Notes: generated by a model not told the origin, from the sequence alone. A stretch of DNA of 64,000 bases from Bifidobacterium sp. (GCA_036311305.1 JAXJQE010000137.1:96-64095), one strand, 5' to 3'. Counted from the first letter of the stretch, positions 1-11,704 are shown. Made by a program: numbers and translations.

Positions 1-1554
1 GGTGATGTACCAGCCATCCTTGGTGAAGCCGGTCTTGGTGGCCTCGTCGTTCTTGTGGTAGCGCGGGAACACGGCGGTGCCCTTGACCTCGATCTCGTTG
101 CCCTCGCCGATGCGCACCTCGAAGCCGGGGAACGGGATGCCGACGGAACCTTGGTGGTAGGGGACGGTCAGCGGGTTGAACGCGCACGGCGCGGTCGTCT
201 CGGTCAGGCCGTAGCCCTCGTACACCGGGATGCCGGCGCCGCGGAAGAACGCCATGAGGTCCGGGTCGAGCGGCGCGCCGCCGGTGACGATCCACTTGGC
301 GCAGCCGCCCAGCGCGTCGCGGATGGACGCGTAGACGAGCGGGTCGAACGCGTTGCGGCGCATCGTGGCGAACCGGGAGGCGTGGCCCTTGTCGCTGAGC
401 TCCTCCATGTACTTCTGCGCGGCCACCACGGAGGCGGCGAACACGCGGCCCTTGGGGCCGGAACCGGCCTTCTGGGAGGCGGCGTTGTACACCTTCTCGA
501 GCACGCGGGGCACCACGATCATGATGTGGGGCCGGGCCACGCGCATGTCGGTGGTCAGCGTCTTGATGCCGTTGGCGATGTAGATGTGCAGGTCGGAGGC
601 CACGCAGATGTAGTTGATGGCGCGGGCGAAGGTGTGGGCCTGCGGCAGGAACAGCAGCACGCGGTTCCTCTTGTCGTGCAGCAGGTCGGGCATGTAGTCC
701 GGCAGGTTCGTGGCGGTGGTGCAGTAGTGGTTGTGCAGCATCTCCACGCCCTTGGGGGCGGCGGTGGAGCCGGAGGTGTACACGATGGAGCACAGGTCGT
801 CCTTCTTGACCGTGGCGATGCGCTTGTCGAGCGCCTCGTCGGAGATGCCGCGGCCGTACGCCTCGAGCTCGTCCAGGGCGCCGGTCTCCAGGCACATGAC
901 GTGCTTGAGGGTCGGGCATTCCTTCTCGGCGAGCTTGGCCTTCTGGCGCATGTCCTTGGTCTCGACCATGAGCAGCGTGGCGTCCGCGTTGTTCACGATG
1001 TCGCGGATCTGCTCGTCCGAGTCGGTGTCGTAGATCGTGGCGAGCACGCCGCCGATGGAGATGGCCGCGCAGTCGAACACGTCCCAGTCGTAGGAGGTGT
1101 GGCACATGAACGCCACGCCGTCGCCCTTCTTGAGCCCGAGGTGCAGCAGGCCCTTGGCCACGGCGCGGATGTCCGCGAGCGTCTCGTTGGCGGTCTTGGA
1201 GACCCATTCGCCGTTCTGCTTGAAGGTGTACAGGGGCTCGTCGCCCATGCGGTTGGCGCGGTCCTCGTACAGGCGGTACACGTTCATGTCGTCCGGCAGC
1301 GGCGGGTTGCCCTCGGTGCTGGCGGTGATGAAGTCGGAGTCGGCGTCCATGAAGGTGGTGGCCGGACGGTCCGGACCCCAGAAGTCGACGTGCGGCAGGT
1401 CCTCGTAGTTGTGGTGCTGCGGCTCGGTCTCCGGGTCGATGTAGTCGGGTTCGTCGCCGCCGTCGCTGATCGGGTGGGAGAAATCGCCGCCCAGGTGCAA
1501 CATGCGTTGCGTCGCGTCGGACGCCTGTTTCCTGATGTTGGTGAAGATGGACAT
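1..1554 (-). CDS. long-chain fatty-acid--CoA ligase (AMP-forming acyl-CoA synthetase); 3' end lies outside the window
   Basis: Absent from the ORF track because it runs off the window edge. Reverse translation from the ATG (complement of 1552-1554) gives MSIFTNIRKQ...VKKDDLCSIVYTSGSTAAPKGVEMLHNHY...GSVGIPFPGFEVRIGEGNEIEVKG...TKDGWYIT, which contains the AMP-binding signature. The + ORF 55..1662 is its shadow. Confidence 0.85.
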   Translation of the reverse strand, partial: MSIFTNIRKQASDATQRMLHLGGDFSHPISDGGDEPDYIDPETEPQHHNYEDLPHVDFWGPDRPATTFMDADSDFITASTEGNPPLPDDMNVYRLYEDRANRMGDEPLYTFKQNGEWVSKTANETLADIRAVAKGLLHLGLKKGDGVAFMCHTSYDWDVFDCAAISIGGVLATIYDTDSDEQIRDIVNNADATLLMVETKDMRQKAKLAEKECPTLKHVMCLETGALDELEAYGRGISDEALDKRIATVKKDDLCSIVYTSGSTAAPKGVEMLHNHYCTTATNLPDYMPDLLHDKRNRVLLFLPQAHTFARAINYICVASDLHIYIANGIKTLTTDMRVARPHIMIVVPRVLEKVYNAASQKAGSGPKGRVFAASVVAAQKYMEELSDKGHASRFATMRRNAFDPLVYASIRDALGGCAKWIVTGGAPLDPDLMAFFRGAGIPVYEGYGLTETTAPCAFNPLTVPYHQGSVGIPFPGFEVRIGEGNEIEVKGTAVFPRYHKNDEATKTGFTKDGWYIT

Positions 1555-1862
1555 GTCCGCTCCTTGCCGTTCGCATTTCGGATACAAAAGGTCCCCCACG
1601 GGACTTCCGCTCCTTCGCATACTAGCGGGTTATGCCAAGTCTTTCACCTTACGGAACCGTAAGGAATGGCCATATACCGCCGTTTTGGGCCACTCGGCCG
1701 ACAAAAATACCCCCAAGGCTGAACGATCGTCCATACCACACGGAACCGGACGCAAGCCATCCGCAAGATGGACGCACCCTGATGTTACGGGGCTGTTTCG
1801 TTTACGCTGAGGCGCGTATGTTCACCATCCCGCACCGGGCGGGATGCATAGAAAGGGTTCAC

Positions 1863-3008
1863 ATGGCCGAACAAGCAAAAGGCACCGTGGTCTTCGGCGT
1901 GTTCAACGAGACGAGCGGGACCGAGGCCCGCGTTGCGTTGACGCCGGACATTGTGGCACGGCTGCGCAAATCGGGCGTGTCCTGCATGATCGAGCGGGGC
2001 GCGGGCGATGCCGCGGACTACACCGATGCCGACTACACCGCCGCCGGCGCGCAGGTATGCGACGCCGAGACCATCCTGGGCGCGGCCCAGGTCCTTGGGT
2101 TCGTCGACCGACCCAGCGAGCGGCTCATCGCACGCATGAAGCCGGGCACCTGGGTCATCGGCATGCTCGGGTCGTTCACCGACGACGACTACATCGAATC
2201 GCTGGCCAAGGCCGGCCTGACGGCCGTCGCCATCGAGCGCCTGCCGCGCCAGCTCAGCTCCGCGCAGTCCATGGACGAGATGACCAGCCAGAATTCCGTC
2301 ATGGGCTACAAGGCCGCCCTCGTGGCCGCCAACGCCTACGGATCGTTCCTGCCGATGATGACCACGGCCGCGGGCACCATCCGCCCCGCCAAGGTCCTCA
2401 TCCTGGGCGCCGGCATCGCCGGCCTGCAGGCCATCGGCACCGCCAGGCGCCTGGGCGCGGTCGTCACCGCGTACGACGTGCGCCCCGCCTCGAAGGACGA
2501 GGTGGAGTCGCTGGGCGCCAAGTTCCTCGACCTCGGGCTCGATTTCTCCGCCGGCCAGGGCGAGGGCGGCTACGCGCGCGCCCTGACTCCCGAGGAGCAG
2601 GCCGCCCAGCAGGCCGCCGTCGACGAGAAGGCCGCCGGCTTCGACATCATCATCACCACCGCCAAGGTGCCCGGCCGCAAGCCCCCGGTCCTGCTGACCG
2701 CCAAGGGCGTCGCCGGGCTGCACCGCGGCGCCGTCGTCGTCGACTGCGCGGCCAGCGAGCTGGGCGGCAACGTCGAGGGCTCCACCGTGGGCACCATCGT
2801 CACGGACGGCGGCGTCAACGTGATCGGCGCGCCCTACCTGGCCAGCGAGGTCGCCACCACGGCCTCCAACCTGCTGAGCCGCAACGTGGCCGACATCCTC
2901 ACGCACTTCATCGTCGACGGCACGCTCACCGTGCGTCCCGACGAGGAGCTCGACCGGGCCATGGTCGTCGCCGGCGCACCGTCCACCACCACGCAGAAGG
3001 AGGCGTGA
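1863..3008 (+). CDS. pntAA: NAD(P) transhydrogenase subunit alpha part 1 (Re/Si-specific)
   Basis: 381 aa from the ATG at 1863, preceded by GAAAGGG. Contains the alanine-dehydrogenase/PNT fold with the GAGIAGLQAIGTARRLGA NAD-binding loop. First gene of a three-gene pnt cluster. Confidence 0.9.
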   Translation: MAEQAKGTVVFGVFNETSGTEARVALTPDIVARLRKSGVSCMIERGAGDAADYTDADYTAAGAQVCDAETILGAAQVLGFVDRPSERLIARMKPGTWVIGMLGSFTDDDYIESLAKAGLTAVAIERLPRQLSSAQSMDEMTSQNSVMGYKAALVAANAYGSFLPMMTTAAGTIRPAKVLILGAGIAGLQAIGTARRLGAVVTAYDVRPASKDEVESLGAKFLDLGLDFSAGQGEGGYARALTPEEQAAQQAAVDEKAAGFDIIITTAKVPGRKPPVLLTAKGVAGLHRGAVVVDCAASELGGNVEGSTVGTIVTDGGVNVIGAPYLASEVATTASNLLSRNVADILTHFIVDGTLTVRPDEELDRAMVVAGAPSTTTQKEA

Positions 3009-3011
3009 GCC

Positions 3012-3326
3012 ATGCCCACGTTGGTCATTTCCATCACCCTGTTCGTCCTCGCGCTGCTCATCGGCATCGAGGTCATCGGCAAGGTGCCCGCCACCCTGCA
3101 CACCCCGCTCATGTCGGGCGCCAACTCCATCCACGGCATCGTCATCGTCGGCGTCGTCATCGTCGCCGCCGAGGCCAACTCGCCGCTGAGCTTCGTGTTC
3201 ATCTTCCTGGCGGCCGTGCTGGGCACCATGAACGTCGTCGGCGGCTACGTGGTCACCGACCGCATGCTCGAGATGTTCAAGAGCGACAAGTCCGACAAGA
3301 AGAAAACCGAAGGAGGCTCGAAGTAA
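3012..3326 (+). CDS. pntAB: NAD(P) transhydrogenase subunit alpha part 2 (membrane segment)
   Basis: 104-aa hydrophobic protein (MPTLVISITLFVLALLIGIEVIGKVP...GGYVVTDRMLEMFK) located between pntAA and pntB. Confidence 0.9.
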   Translation: MPTLVISITLFVLALLIGIEVIGKVPATLHTPLMSGANSIHGIVIVGVVIVAAEANSPLSFVFIFLAAVLGTMNVVGGYVVTDRMLEMFKSDKSDKKKTEGGSK

Positions 3327-4759
3327 TGCAGACCGCATCAACCGCCCCCGCCATCGACATCGTCGCGTGGTTCGTATACCTGCTGGTGGCCGTCATGTTC
3401 GTCATGGGCCTGCACTACATGAACTCGCCCAAGACCGCCCGCAAGGGCAACTTCGTGTCCGCCGTGGGCATGGTGCTCGCCGTGTGCATGGCCTTCGTCA
3501 AGCTGTTCGTGCAGCATGACATGATCCACAACTGGATCGCCATCTGGCTGCTCGTCGCGGGCATCGCCATCGGCGCCGTCGCCGGCGTCGTGTCCGCCAA
3601 GAAGGTCAAGATGACCGACATGCCGCAGCTCGTGTCCGTGTTCAACACGGTCGGCGGCGGCGCGGCCGCGCTCGTCGCGCTCAACGACATCCTCGCCTCC
3701 GACGGCACCCCCGACCTCGTGGTGCTCATCACCGCGGGCCTGGGCGTCATGATCGGCTCCGTCACGTTCACCGGCTCGCTGATCGCCGCCGGCAAGCTGC
3801 AGGGCATCGGCTGGGTCAAGAGGCTCACGCTGCCCGGCAAGAGCGTGTGGAACATCCTGTTCGCCGTGCTCATGGTCGCTTCGTTCGTGCTGCTGTGCGT
3901 CTTCCCGGGCCAGCGCCTGCTGTGGTCGGTCCTGACCACCGTGTTCGCACTGTGCTACGGCCTGGTGTTCGTCATCCCGATCGGCGGCGCGGACATGCCC
4001 GTCGTCATCTCCATCCTCAATGCGTGCACCGGCACCGCCGTCGCCATGAGCGGCCTGGCGATCGACAACGTCGCGCTCATCGTCGCCGGCGCCCTCGTGG
4101 CCGCGGCCGGCGTGACGCTGTCCGTGTTCATGAGCCAGGCGATGAACCGTCCGCTGCTGTCCGTCCTCTCGGGCGGCTTCGGCGGCTCCAACGGCGCGTC
4201 CGGCTCCGCGGACGGCCCCGAGGGCACCATGAAGGAGACCAGCGCCGACGACCTGGTCGTGCAGCTCGTGTACGCCGACAAGGTCATCTTCGTGCCCGGC
4301 TTCGGCCTGGCGCAGGCGCAGGCCCAGCGCGAGCTCGCCGACCTGGGCGAGCTGCTCAAGGAGCACGGCGTCGAGGTCGAGTACGCCATCCACCCGGTGG
4401 CCGGCCGCATGCCCGGCCACATGAACGTGCTGCTCGCCGAGGCCAACGTGCCCTACGAGGAGCTCGTGGACCTCGAGGACATCAACCCGCAGTTCCCGTC
4501 CGCCAACGTCTCGCTGGTCGTCGGCGCCAACGACGTGACCAACCCGGCCGCGCGCAAGCCCGGCACCCCGGTCTCCGGCATGCCGATCCTGGACGTGGAC
4601 AAGTCGCAGAACGTGGTCGTCATGAAGCGCGGCCGCGGCAAGGGCTACGCCGGCATCGAGAACGAGCTCTACTTCGAGCCCAACACGCAGATGCTGTTCG
4701 GCGACGCCAAGAGCGGCCTGCAGGCCGTCATCGCCGCCGTCAAGGAACTGCTCAGCTGA
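3326..4759 (+). CDS. pntB: NAD(P) transhydrogenase subunit beta
   Basis: 477 aa. The ATG at 3326 overlaps the pntAB TAA. Multi-TM N-terminus followed by the C-terminal NADP(H) domain (VIFVPGFGLAQAQAQ...HPVAGRMPGHMNVLLAEA...VGANDVTNPAA). Confidence 0.92.
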   Translation: MQTASTAPAIDIVAWFVYLLVAVMFVMGLHYMNSPKTARKGNFVSAVGMVLAVCMAFVKLFVQHDMIHNWIAIWLLVAGIAIGAVAGVVSAKKVKMTDMPQLVSVFNTVGGGAAALVALNDILASDGTPDLVVLITAGLGVMIGSVTFTGSLIAAGKLQGIGWVKRLTLPGKSVWNILFAVLMVASFVLLCVFPGQRLLWSVLTTVFALCYGLVFVIPIGGADMPVVISILNACTGTAVAMSGLAIDNVALIVAGALVAAAGVTLSVFMSQAMNRPLLSVLSGGFGGSNGASGSADGPEGTMKETSADDLVVQLVYADKVIFVPGFGLAQAQAQRELADLGELLKEHGVEVEYAIHPVAGRMPGHMNVLLAEANVPYEELVDLEDINPQFPSANVSLVVGANDVTNPAARKPGTPVSGMPILDVDKSQNVVVMKRGRGKGYAGIENELYFEPNTQMLFGDAKSGLQAVIAAVKELLS

Positions 4760-4782
4760 GCGTGGCGCGCAACGCGGCACAA

Positions 4783-4823
4783 CAGGGAGGGTCCCCACTT
4801 CGCGGAAGTGGGGACCCTCCCTG
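4783..4823. terminator. bidirectional stem-loop terminator between convergent pntB and the hydrolase gene
   Basis: Perfect 19-bp stem (CAGGGAGGGTCCCCACTTC / GAAGTGGGGACCCTCCCTG) with a 3-nt loop. Confidence 0.75.
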
Positions 4824-4913
4824 CGTTCGTCCCGCCGACCGCTGCGTCGATGGTCCGTCGACCCTCCTGCCGACGTGGCCGCCGCGCTCGCTGACAGCGC
4901 TCGCCGGCGCGCG

Positions 4914-5976
4914 TCACTTGCCGCGGATGGGGAAGTGGCGTCCCAGGAACGCGTCGACGAAGGTCCAGTAGGCGCGCGGATCATGCTCGACCTCGGCGGT
5001 GTGCTCGGCGCCCTCGACCTCCAGCAGCGCGCCGTCCGGGCCGCGGTACTCGCGGAAGAGGCGCGCCGCGGAGTCGGGGTCGACGATGACGTCGCCCATG
5101 CCCTGCACGAACGCCATCGGCACGCGCGCGTCGCACGGCCGCCAGCGCGTCCGCCGCGTATAGGCTCGCGCCGTCGCGCATCCGAAGGACGAGGTCGGCG
5201 ACGCACACCATCGGGCGCGCCACGCTGCGCGGCGAGCGCAGCACCTGCGCCATCGACTTGGCGAGCTGCGCGGCGGCGGACAGGTACGCGGAGTCGACGA
5301 TGGCCGCGGTGACGTTCGGCGCCAGCCGCGGGTCGCCGCACGCCAGGCACACGGTGGGGGCGCCCAGCGAGTTGCCGTGCAGGAGGATCGTCGCCTGGGG
5401 GTCGTGGGCGACGACGCGGTTGACCCAGCGCAGCAGGTCGTCGCGTTCGCGCGCGCCCATCGTCACGATGCGGCCCTGGCTTTCCTCGTGGCCGCGTTCG
5501 GCGGGGCACAGCACGGTGAAGCCGAGGCGCGCGTAGTGCCACGCCCAGGGCGCGGTCTCCTCGGGCGCGCCGGTGTAGCCGTGCATGACGATGGCGTAGC
5601 AGTGGGGCAGCGGCCGCGCGGTGTCCGGGTCGAAACGCCACGCGTGCAGGGTGAGGCCGTCCATGCTGCGCGCGGTCAGCCCGTGGCGCGCCCCCTCGAA
5701 CCAGCTGGTGGCCTCCGTGTCGCTATGCCGCCAGCTGTCGTCATACTGCGCGAAGCGCGGGTCGTCCTTGTGCGCGAACGTGGACAGCGGCGAACGCGTG
5801 TTCAGCGACACCGTGTAGAGCGTGAAGCCGCCGGCGACGATGCCCGCGGCCGCGGCGAGCGCGCCGCCGCCGAGGGCGAGCGCCGCCGTGCGCGCGATGC
5901 GCGACGCGGTGCCGCGCCGCGTGGTGCGCGATGTGCTGGTATGCCCTGTGGTGGTATGCGCGGTGTGGTGCGCCAT
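4914..5976 (-). pseudogene. alpha/beta-fold hydrolase with an N-terminal TM anchor; apparent +1 frameshift near 5133-5139
   Basis: The N-terminal part (MAHHTAHTT...HGYTGAPEE...LLHGNSLGAP...YAADALAAV) sits in one frame (track ORF 4981..7017). The C-terminal part (CDARVPMAFVQGMGDVIVDPDSAARLF...GAEHTAEV..., track ORF 4914..5123) sits in another. The span is 1063 nt (3n+1). The tail of the N-terminal frame is Arg/Gly junk. Confidence 0.65.
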
Positions 5977-6237
5977 GGCCGGCCCTTCCTCTGTAGGTGC
6001 CCGATGGGCGTCGCGCGTGCGTAGGTGCGTGCGCGCGTGCCCGTGTCTCTCTGGCCAACATTGTAGCCGCGCGGGGGAGCGGGAGGCTTGTCCAGCGACG
6101 CGGTTAGGGTGGAGCAGTTGCTTTGGCGAGGGAAGGCGCAAACCGCGCGCTTCCGTTATCGACTCGGCGCGAAGGCCCGCACTGCCTGGTCTTCGGCTCG
6201 TTGATGCGTCGAAGACGAATGATTCAAGGAGTGCAAC

Positions 6238-6864
6238 ATGGCTAACAACACCATCACCCTCGAGGGCGAAGTCCGTACCGAGTTCGGCAAGGGTCCGGCC
6301 CGCCGCATGCGCGTGGCCAAGCAGATCCCGGCCACCATCTACGCCGGCGGCGACCAGCCCCTCTACATCAAGCTCCCGATGAAGGAGACCACCCTGGCCC
6401 TGCGCCACACCAACGCCCTGATCACCATCAAGTTCGGTGGCGAGCAGCGCATGGTGGTCGTCAAGGACGTGCAGCGCAACCCCGTCAAGCGCATCATCGA
6501 GCATGTCGACTTCTACGAGGTCAAGGCCGGCGAGAAGATCGACGTCGAGGTCCCGGTGTTCGTCGAGGGCACGCCGAAGGGCGCCGCCATCGCGTTCGTG
6601 GACATGCAGGAGCTCAAGGTGCGCGCCGACGTGGCCAACCTGCCCGAGCGCATCGTGGTCAACGTCGAGGGCCTCGAGGCCGGCAGCAAGATCTTCCTGG
6701 GCGACCTGGAGATGCCGGCCGGTGTCGAGCTCGACATGACCGACCTCGAGGAGTCCGTCGTCACCGTCGAGGTGCCGGAGGATGCCGCTCCGTCCGAGGA
6801 GACCGCCGAGCCGGCCGACGCCGTCCCGGCCACCGCCGAGAAGGACGATCCGGACAACAAGTGA
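6238..6864 (+). CDS. rplY: 50S ribosomal protein L25 / general stress protein Ctc
   Basis: 208 aa (MANNTITLEGEVRTEFGKGPARRMR...) with an acidic C-terminal tail. AAGGAG RBS. Confidence 0.9.
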   Translation: MANNTITLEGEVRTEFGKGPARRMRVAKQIPATIYAGGDQPLYIKLPMKETTLALRHTNALITIKFGGEQRMVVVKDVQRNPVKRIIEHVDFYEVKAGEKIDVEVPVFVEGTPKGAAIAFVDMQELKVRADVANLPERIVVNVEGLEAGSKIFLGDLEMPAGVELDMTDLEESVVTVEVPEDAAPSEETAEPADAVPATAEKDDPDNK

Positions 6865-6906
6865 TCCGGCGGCCGTCCCTGGACGGTCCACGGTCCCATC
6901 CGTGCG

Positions 6907-6948
6907 CAGGGCGCCCGGCTTCCCCGTGGAGGGAGGACGGGCGCCCTG
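6907..6948 (+). terminator. stem-loop downstream of rplY
   Basis: 11-bp perfect stem CAGGGCGCCCG / CGGGCGCCCTG with a 20-nt loop, followed by TCCGTTT. Confidence 0.5.
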
Positions 6949-7058
6949 TCCGTTTGGCGGACACGGCGTCGCGGCACCGTCGGCCGGCGCATCATGCGCG
7001 TGCGCGCGCGATGCCACGCGGTCCCGACGCCATGGCGCTGTTCGCGGCCGGTAAAGCC

Positions 7059-7077
7059 GGGTTCACAATGTGAACCC
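7059..7077. promoter_or_regulatory. 19-bp perfect palindrome GGGTTCACAATGTGAACCC, an operator candidate upstream of ilvE
   Basis: Read directly from the sequence. It lies about 100 bp upstream of the ilvE ATG in a 314-bp intergenic region. Confidence 0.4.
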
Positions 7078-7177
7078 CCTTTCCGGATTGGTAACGGGCT
7101 CGTGCGAGAGTATTGACCAACCGCGGCGCCAAAAGCGCCGCCTTCCCGAACCGCAAGAGACACGAAGAAGCAACCAC

Positions 7178-8305
7178 ATGACCACTGAATCCCATCACGA
7201 TCCCGCGTACCTCGACTCGCTCGCCGAGCGCTTCACGGTGCTGCCCAACGACAATCCCGCCTCCGACGCCAAGCGCGCCGAGCTCATCGACAAGCCCGCG
7301 TTCGGCCAGGTGTTCTCCGACAGCATGGCCCACATGAGCTGGACGAAGGGCGAGGGCTGGTCGGACCGCCGCATCGAACCGTACGCGCCCCTCAAGCTCG
7401 ACCCGGGCGCCTCCGTGCTGCACTACGCGCAGGAGGTCTTCGAGGGCCTCAAGGCGTACCGCCACACGGACGGCTCCACCTGGCTGTTCCGCCCGGACGC
7501 CAACGCCGAGCGCATGCAGAACTCCGCCAAGCGCCTGTACCTGCCGGAGGTTTCCGTGGACGACTTCCTGGCCTCCTGCGCCGCCCTGGTGCTGCAGGAC
7601 CGCAAGTGGGTACCCACGCGCCGCGAGTACACGCTGTACCTGCGTCCCTTCCTGTTCGCCTCCGAGCCGTTCCTGGGCGTGCGCGCCCCGCAGGAGGTCG
7701 ACTACTGCGTGATCGCCTCCCCGTCCGGCCCGTACTTCCCGGGCGGCGTCAAGCCGGTGAGCATCTGGATCGAGGACAAGTTCTTCCGCACCGGCCCCGG
7801 CGGCACCGGTTTCGCCAAGTGCGGCGGCAACTACGCCGCCTCCCTGGTGGGCGAGGACCGCGGCATCGACCAGGGCTGCGAGCAGGTGTGCTTCGTGGAC
7901 GCCGCCACCAAGACCTACCTCGAGGAGCTCGGCGGCATGAACATGATGGTCGTGCACAAGGACGGCCACGTGGAGACCCCGAGCCTGAACGGCAACATCC
8001 TGCCGGGCGTCACCCGCCGCTCCATCATCCAGCTGCTCGACGACTCCGGCCACGACGTCGTCGAGACGATGATCGCCATGGAGCAGCTGCTCGACGACAT
8101 CCGCTCCGGCGAGGTCACCGAGGTGTTCGCGTGCGGCACCGCCGCCATCATCACCCCGATCGGCCGCTTCAAGGGCGAGGGCTTCGAGGTGACCGTCGGC
8201 GACGGCGAGCCCGGCGAGCTGACCATGAAGCTGCGCGACGAGCTGCTGGGCATCCAGATGGGCGAGGTCGAGGACCCGCACAACTGGATGTGGAAGGTGT
8301 GCTGA
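7178..8305 (+). CDS. ilvE: branched-chain amino acid aminotransferase
   Basis: 375 aa from the ATG at 7178. Matches include LHYAQEVFEGLKAYRH...FRP..N..R...SA.RL and GTGFAKCGGNYAASL, typical of class IV aminotransferase IlvE. Confidence 0.9.
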   Translation: MTTESHHDPAYLDSLAERFTVLPNDNPASDAKRAELIDKPAFGQVFSDSMAHMSWTKGEGWSDRRIEPYAPLKLDPGASVLHYAQEVFEGLKAYRHTDGSTWLFRPDANAERMQNSAKRLYLPEVSVDDFLASCAALVLQDRKWVPTRREYTLYLRPFLFASEPFLGVRAPQEVDYCVIASPSGPYFPGGVKPVSIWIEDKFFRTGPGGTGFAKCGGNYAASLVGEDRGIDQGCEQVCFVDAATKTYLEELGGMNMMVVHKDGHVETPSLNGNILPGVTRRSIIQLLDDSGHDVVETMIAMEQLLDDIRSGEVTEVFACGTAAIITPIGRFKGEGFEVTVGDGEPGELTMKLRDELLGIQMGEVEDPHNWMWKVC

Positions 8306-8327
8306 GCCGCGCGCCCGTGGCTTGACC

Positions 8328-8370
8328 TGGCACGGCCCCGCCGGACTTCCCGTCCCGCGGGGCCGTGCCA
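8328..8370 (+). terminator. stem-loop downstream of ilvE
   Basis: 14-bp perfect stem TGGCACGGCCCCGC / GCGGGGCCGTGCCA with a 15-nt loop. Confidence 0.55.
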
Positions 8371-8467
8371 TGCCCGCGGCCGTCCGCACGTGCCACGGGG
8401 CAGCTATGATGCAAGCATCGGCGTCCCGCGCACACGTGCGAGACCGGCATGAGGGAGAGGCAACGGC

Positions 8468-9283
8468 ATGGAAATAGCGCTCCAGACCTCGCCGTTCTTC
8501 CAGGCGGTGGAGTACCTGGCGATCTTCTGCTGCGGCATGGTGGGCGGCCTGGCCGCCATCCGCAAGCACTACGACGTGTTCACCATCATCATCACCGCAT
8601 GGCTGACGGCCCTGGGCGGCGGCATCATCCGCGACCTGCTGCTCGGCGCGGTGCCGCCGGTGGGCATCTCCGACCGTTTCAGCGTGCTCACCGCGCTCGC
8701 CGCCGGCGTGGCCGTGGCGATCTTCCACCCGGAGGTGGACCGTCTCAAGTGGTCGATGCTCACCATTGACGCCCTGGCGTTGGGCCTGTTCGCCGTCAAC
8801 GGCACCAGCAAGTCGCTCATGTACAACACCAGCGGCATGACCGCCGTGTTCCTGGGCACGTTCACCGCCATGGGCGGCGGCCTGATCCGCGACATCCTGC
8901 TCAACGAGGTGCCCGTGGTCATCCGCGACCGCCACTGGTACATCATGCCCGCCGTCATCGGCAGCATGCTCACCGTGGTGGTGTGGCGCTGGCAGGCGCA
9001 CGAGCTCATCAGCCTGCAGGTCGAGATGGTCCTCGACGTGGTCATCGTGCTGCTCGTGGTGGCCATGCGCCTGTGCTCGGTCATCCTCGACTGGCAGCTG
9101 CCCGGCGCGGTACCCCGCCACCGCTCGCACCTGCCGAACCTGAAGGTGCGCCGCGTGCACCACCGCGACGGCACGCACACCATCCAGGAGGCCGGGGGCG
9201 CGGGACGCGACGGCGCGGCGCGCGCCGAGACGGCCGCGCCGGACGCCGTGGCCGCGGGGGAGCCGACGGACGACGACGAGTGA
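8468..9283 (+). CDS. trimeric intracellular cation channel (TRIC / UPF0126, YadS-YicG type) membrane protein
   Basis: 271 aa with two internal repeats, each carrying the glycine motif (LTALGGGIIRDLLLG and FTAMGGGLIRDILLN). Confidence 0.75.
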   Translation: MEIALQTSPFFQAVEYLAIFCCGMVGGLAAIRKHYDVFTIIITAWLTALGGGIIRDLLLGAVPPVGISDRFSVLTALAAGVAVAIFHPEVDRLKWSMLTIDALALGLFAVNGTSKSLMYNTSGMTAVFLGTFTAMGGGLIRDILLNEVPVVIRDRHWYIMPAVIGSMLTVVVWRWQAHELISLQVEMVLDVVIVLLVVAMRLCSVILDWQLPGAVPRHRSHLPNLKVRRVHHRDGTHTIQEAGGAGRDGAARAETAAPDAVAAGEPTDDDE

Positions 9284-9304
9284 GCCGCCGGCGCCCGGGA
9301 ACGG

Positions 9305-9340
9305 GGAAGGCCCCGCACCGTTCGCGGTGCGGGGCCTTCC
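9305..9340. terminator. bidirectional terminator between the TRIC gene and rpsT
   Basis: Perfect 16-bp stem GGAAGGCCCCGCACCG / CGGTGCGGGGCCTTCC with a TTCG tetraloop. Confidence 0.8.
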
Positions 9341-9371
9341 CATGTCCGTGTGCCTCCGTGGAGGCGCGGCG

Positions 9372-9635
9372 TCAGGCCATCTTGTTGATCTGCAGCGCCA
9401 GGCCGGACTTGCGGTTGGCGGCGTTGTTCTTGTGGATGACGCCCTTGCCGGCGGCCTGGTCGAGCTTGCGCGCGGCGATCGCGTACATCTCCTCGGCCTT
9501 GGCCTTGTCACCGGAGGCGATGGCCTCGCGGGTGTGACGGATCGCGGTCTTCAGGCCGGACTTGACGTGCACGTTGCGCATGTGCGCCTTCTCGTTGGTC
9601 AGGACGCGCTTCTTCTGCGACTTGATGTTTGCCAC
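9372..9635 (-). CDS. rpsT: 30S ribosomal protein S20
   Basis: 87 aa: [33 protein letters not shown]... Confidence 0.93.
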   Translation of the reverse strand: MANIKSQKKRVLTNEKAHMRNVHVKSGLKTAIRHTREAIASGDKAKAEEMYAIAARKLDQAAGKGVIHKNNAANRKSGLALQINKMA

Positions 9636-9817
9636 TCTGTATTCTCCAAACGACGGTTACTATAAGGACATACAGCAGAACAGAGTAACAGGAGCCCCGG
9701 ATAATCCCCACCGTCCCGCCGCGCGCGTGGCCGGGGCGCGCTTCCGCTAGAATGAAGCGGTTGGACGGACCACTAGGATAGCGCATGGCCGGCACCGGGT
9801 TGCCGGGCCCAGGAAGG

Positions 9818-11704
<1,887 letters not shown>

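Noticed and set aside
55-1662. Long + strand ORF (535 aa), and similar very long ORFs elsewhere: 1785..3341-, 1844..4759+ upstream part, 3338..5641-, 6992..9511-, 9773..12301-, 14134..16155+, 19783..24336-, 24314..25900-, 34714..37806-, 37873..40308-, 40642..42171-, 49412..51550+, 52120..54087+ and 60033..62942-.
   Set aside because: Their translations are Arg/Ala/Gly/His/Val-rich low-complexity sequence with no family resemblance. Each mirrors a convincingly homologous gene on the other strand or in another frame. Such shadow ORFs are expected at about 65% GC because stop codons are rare.
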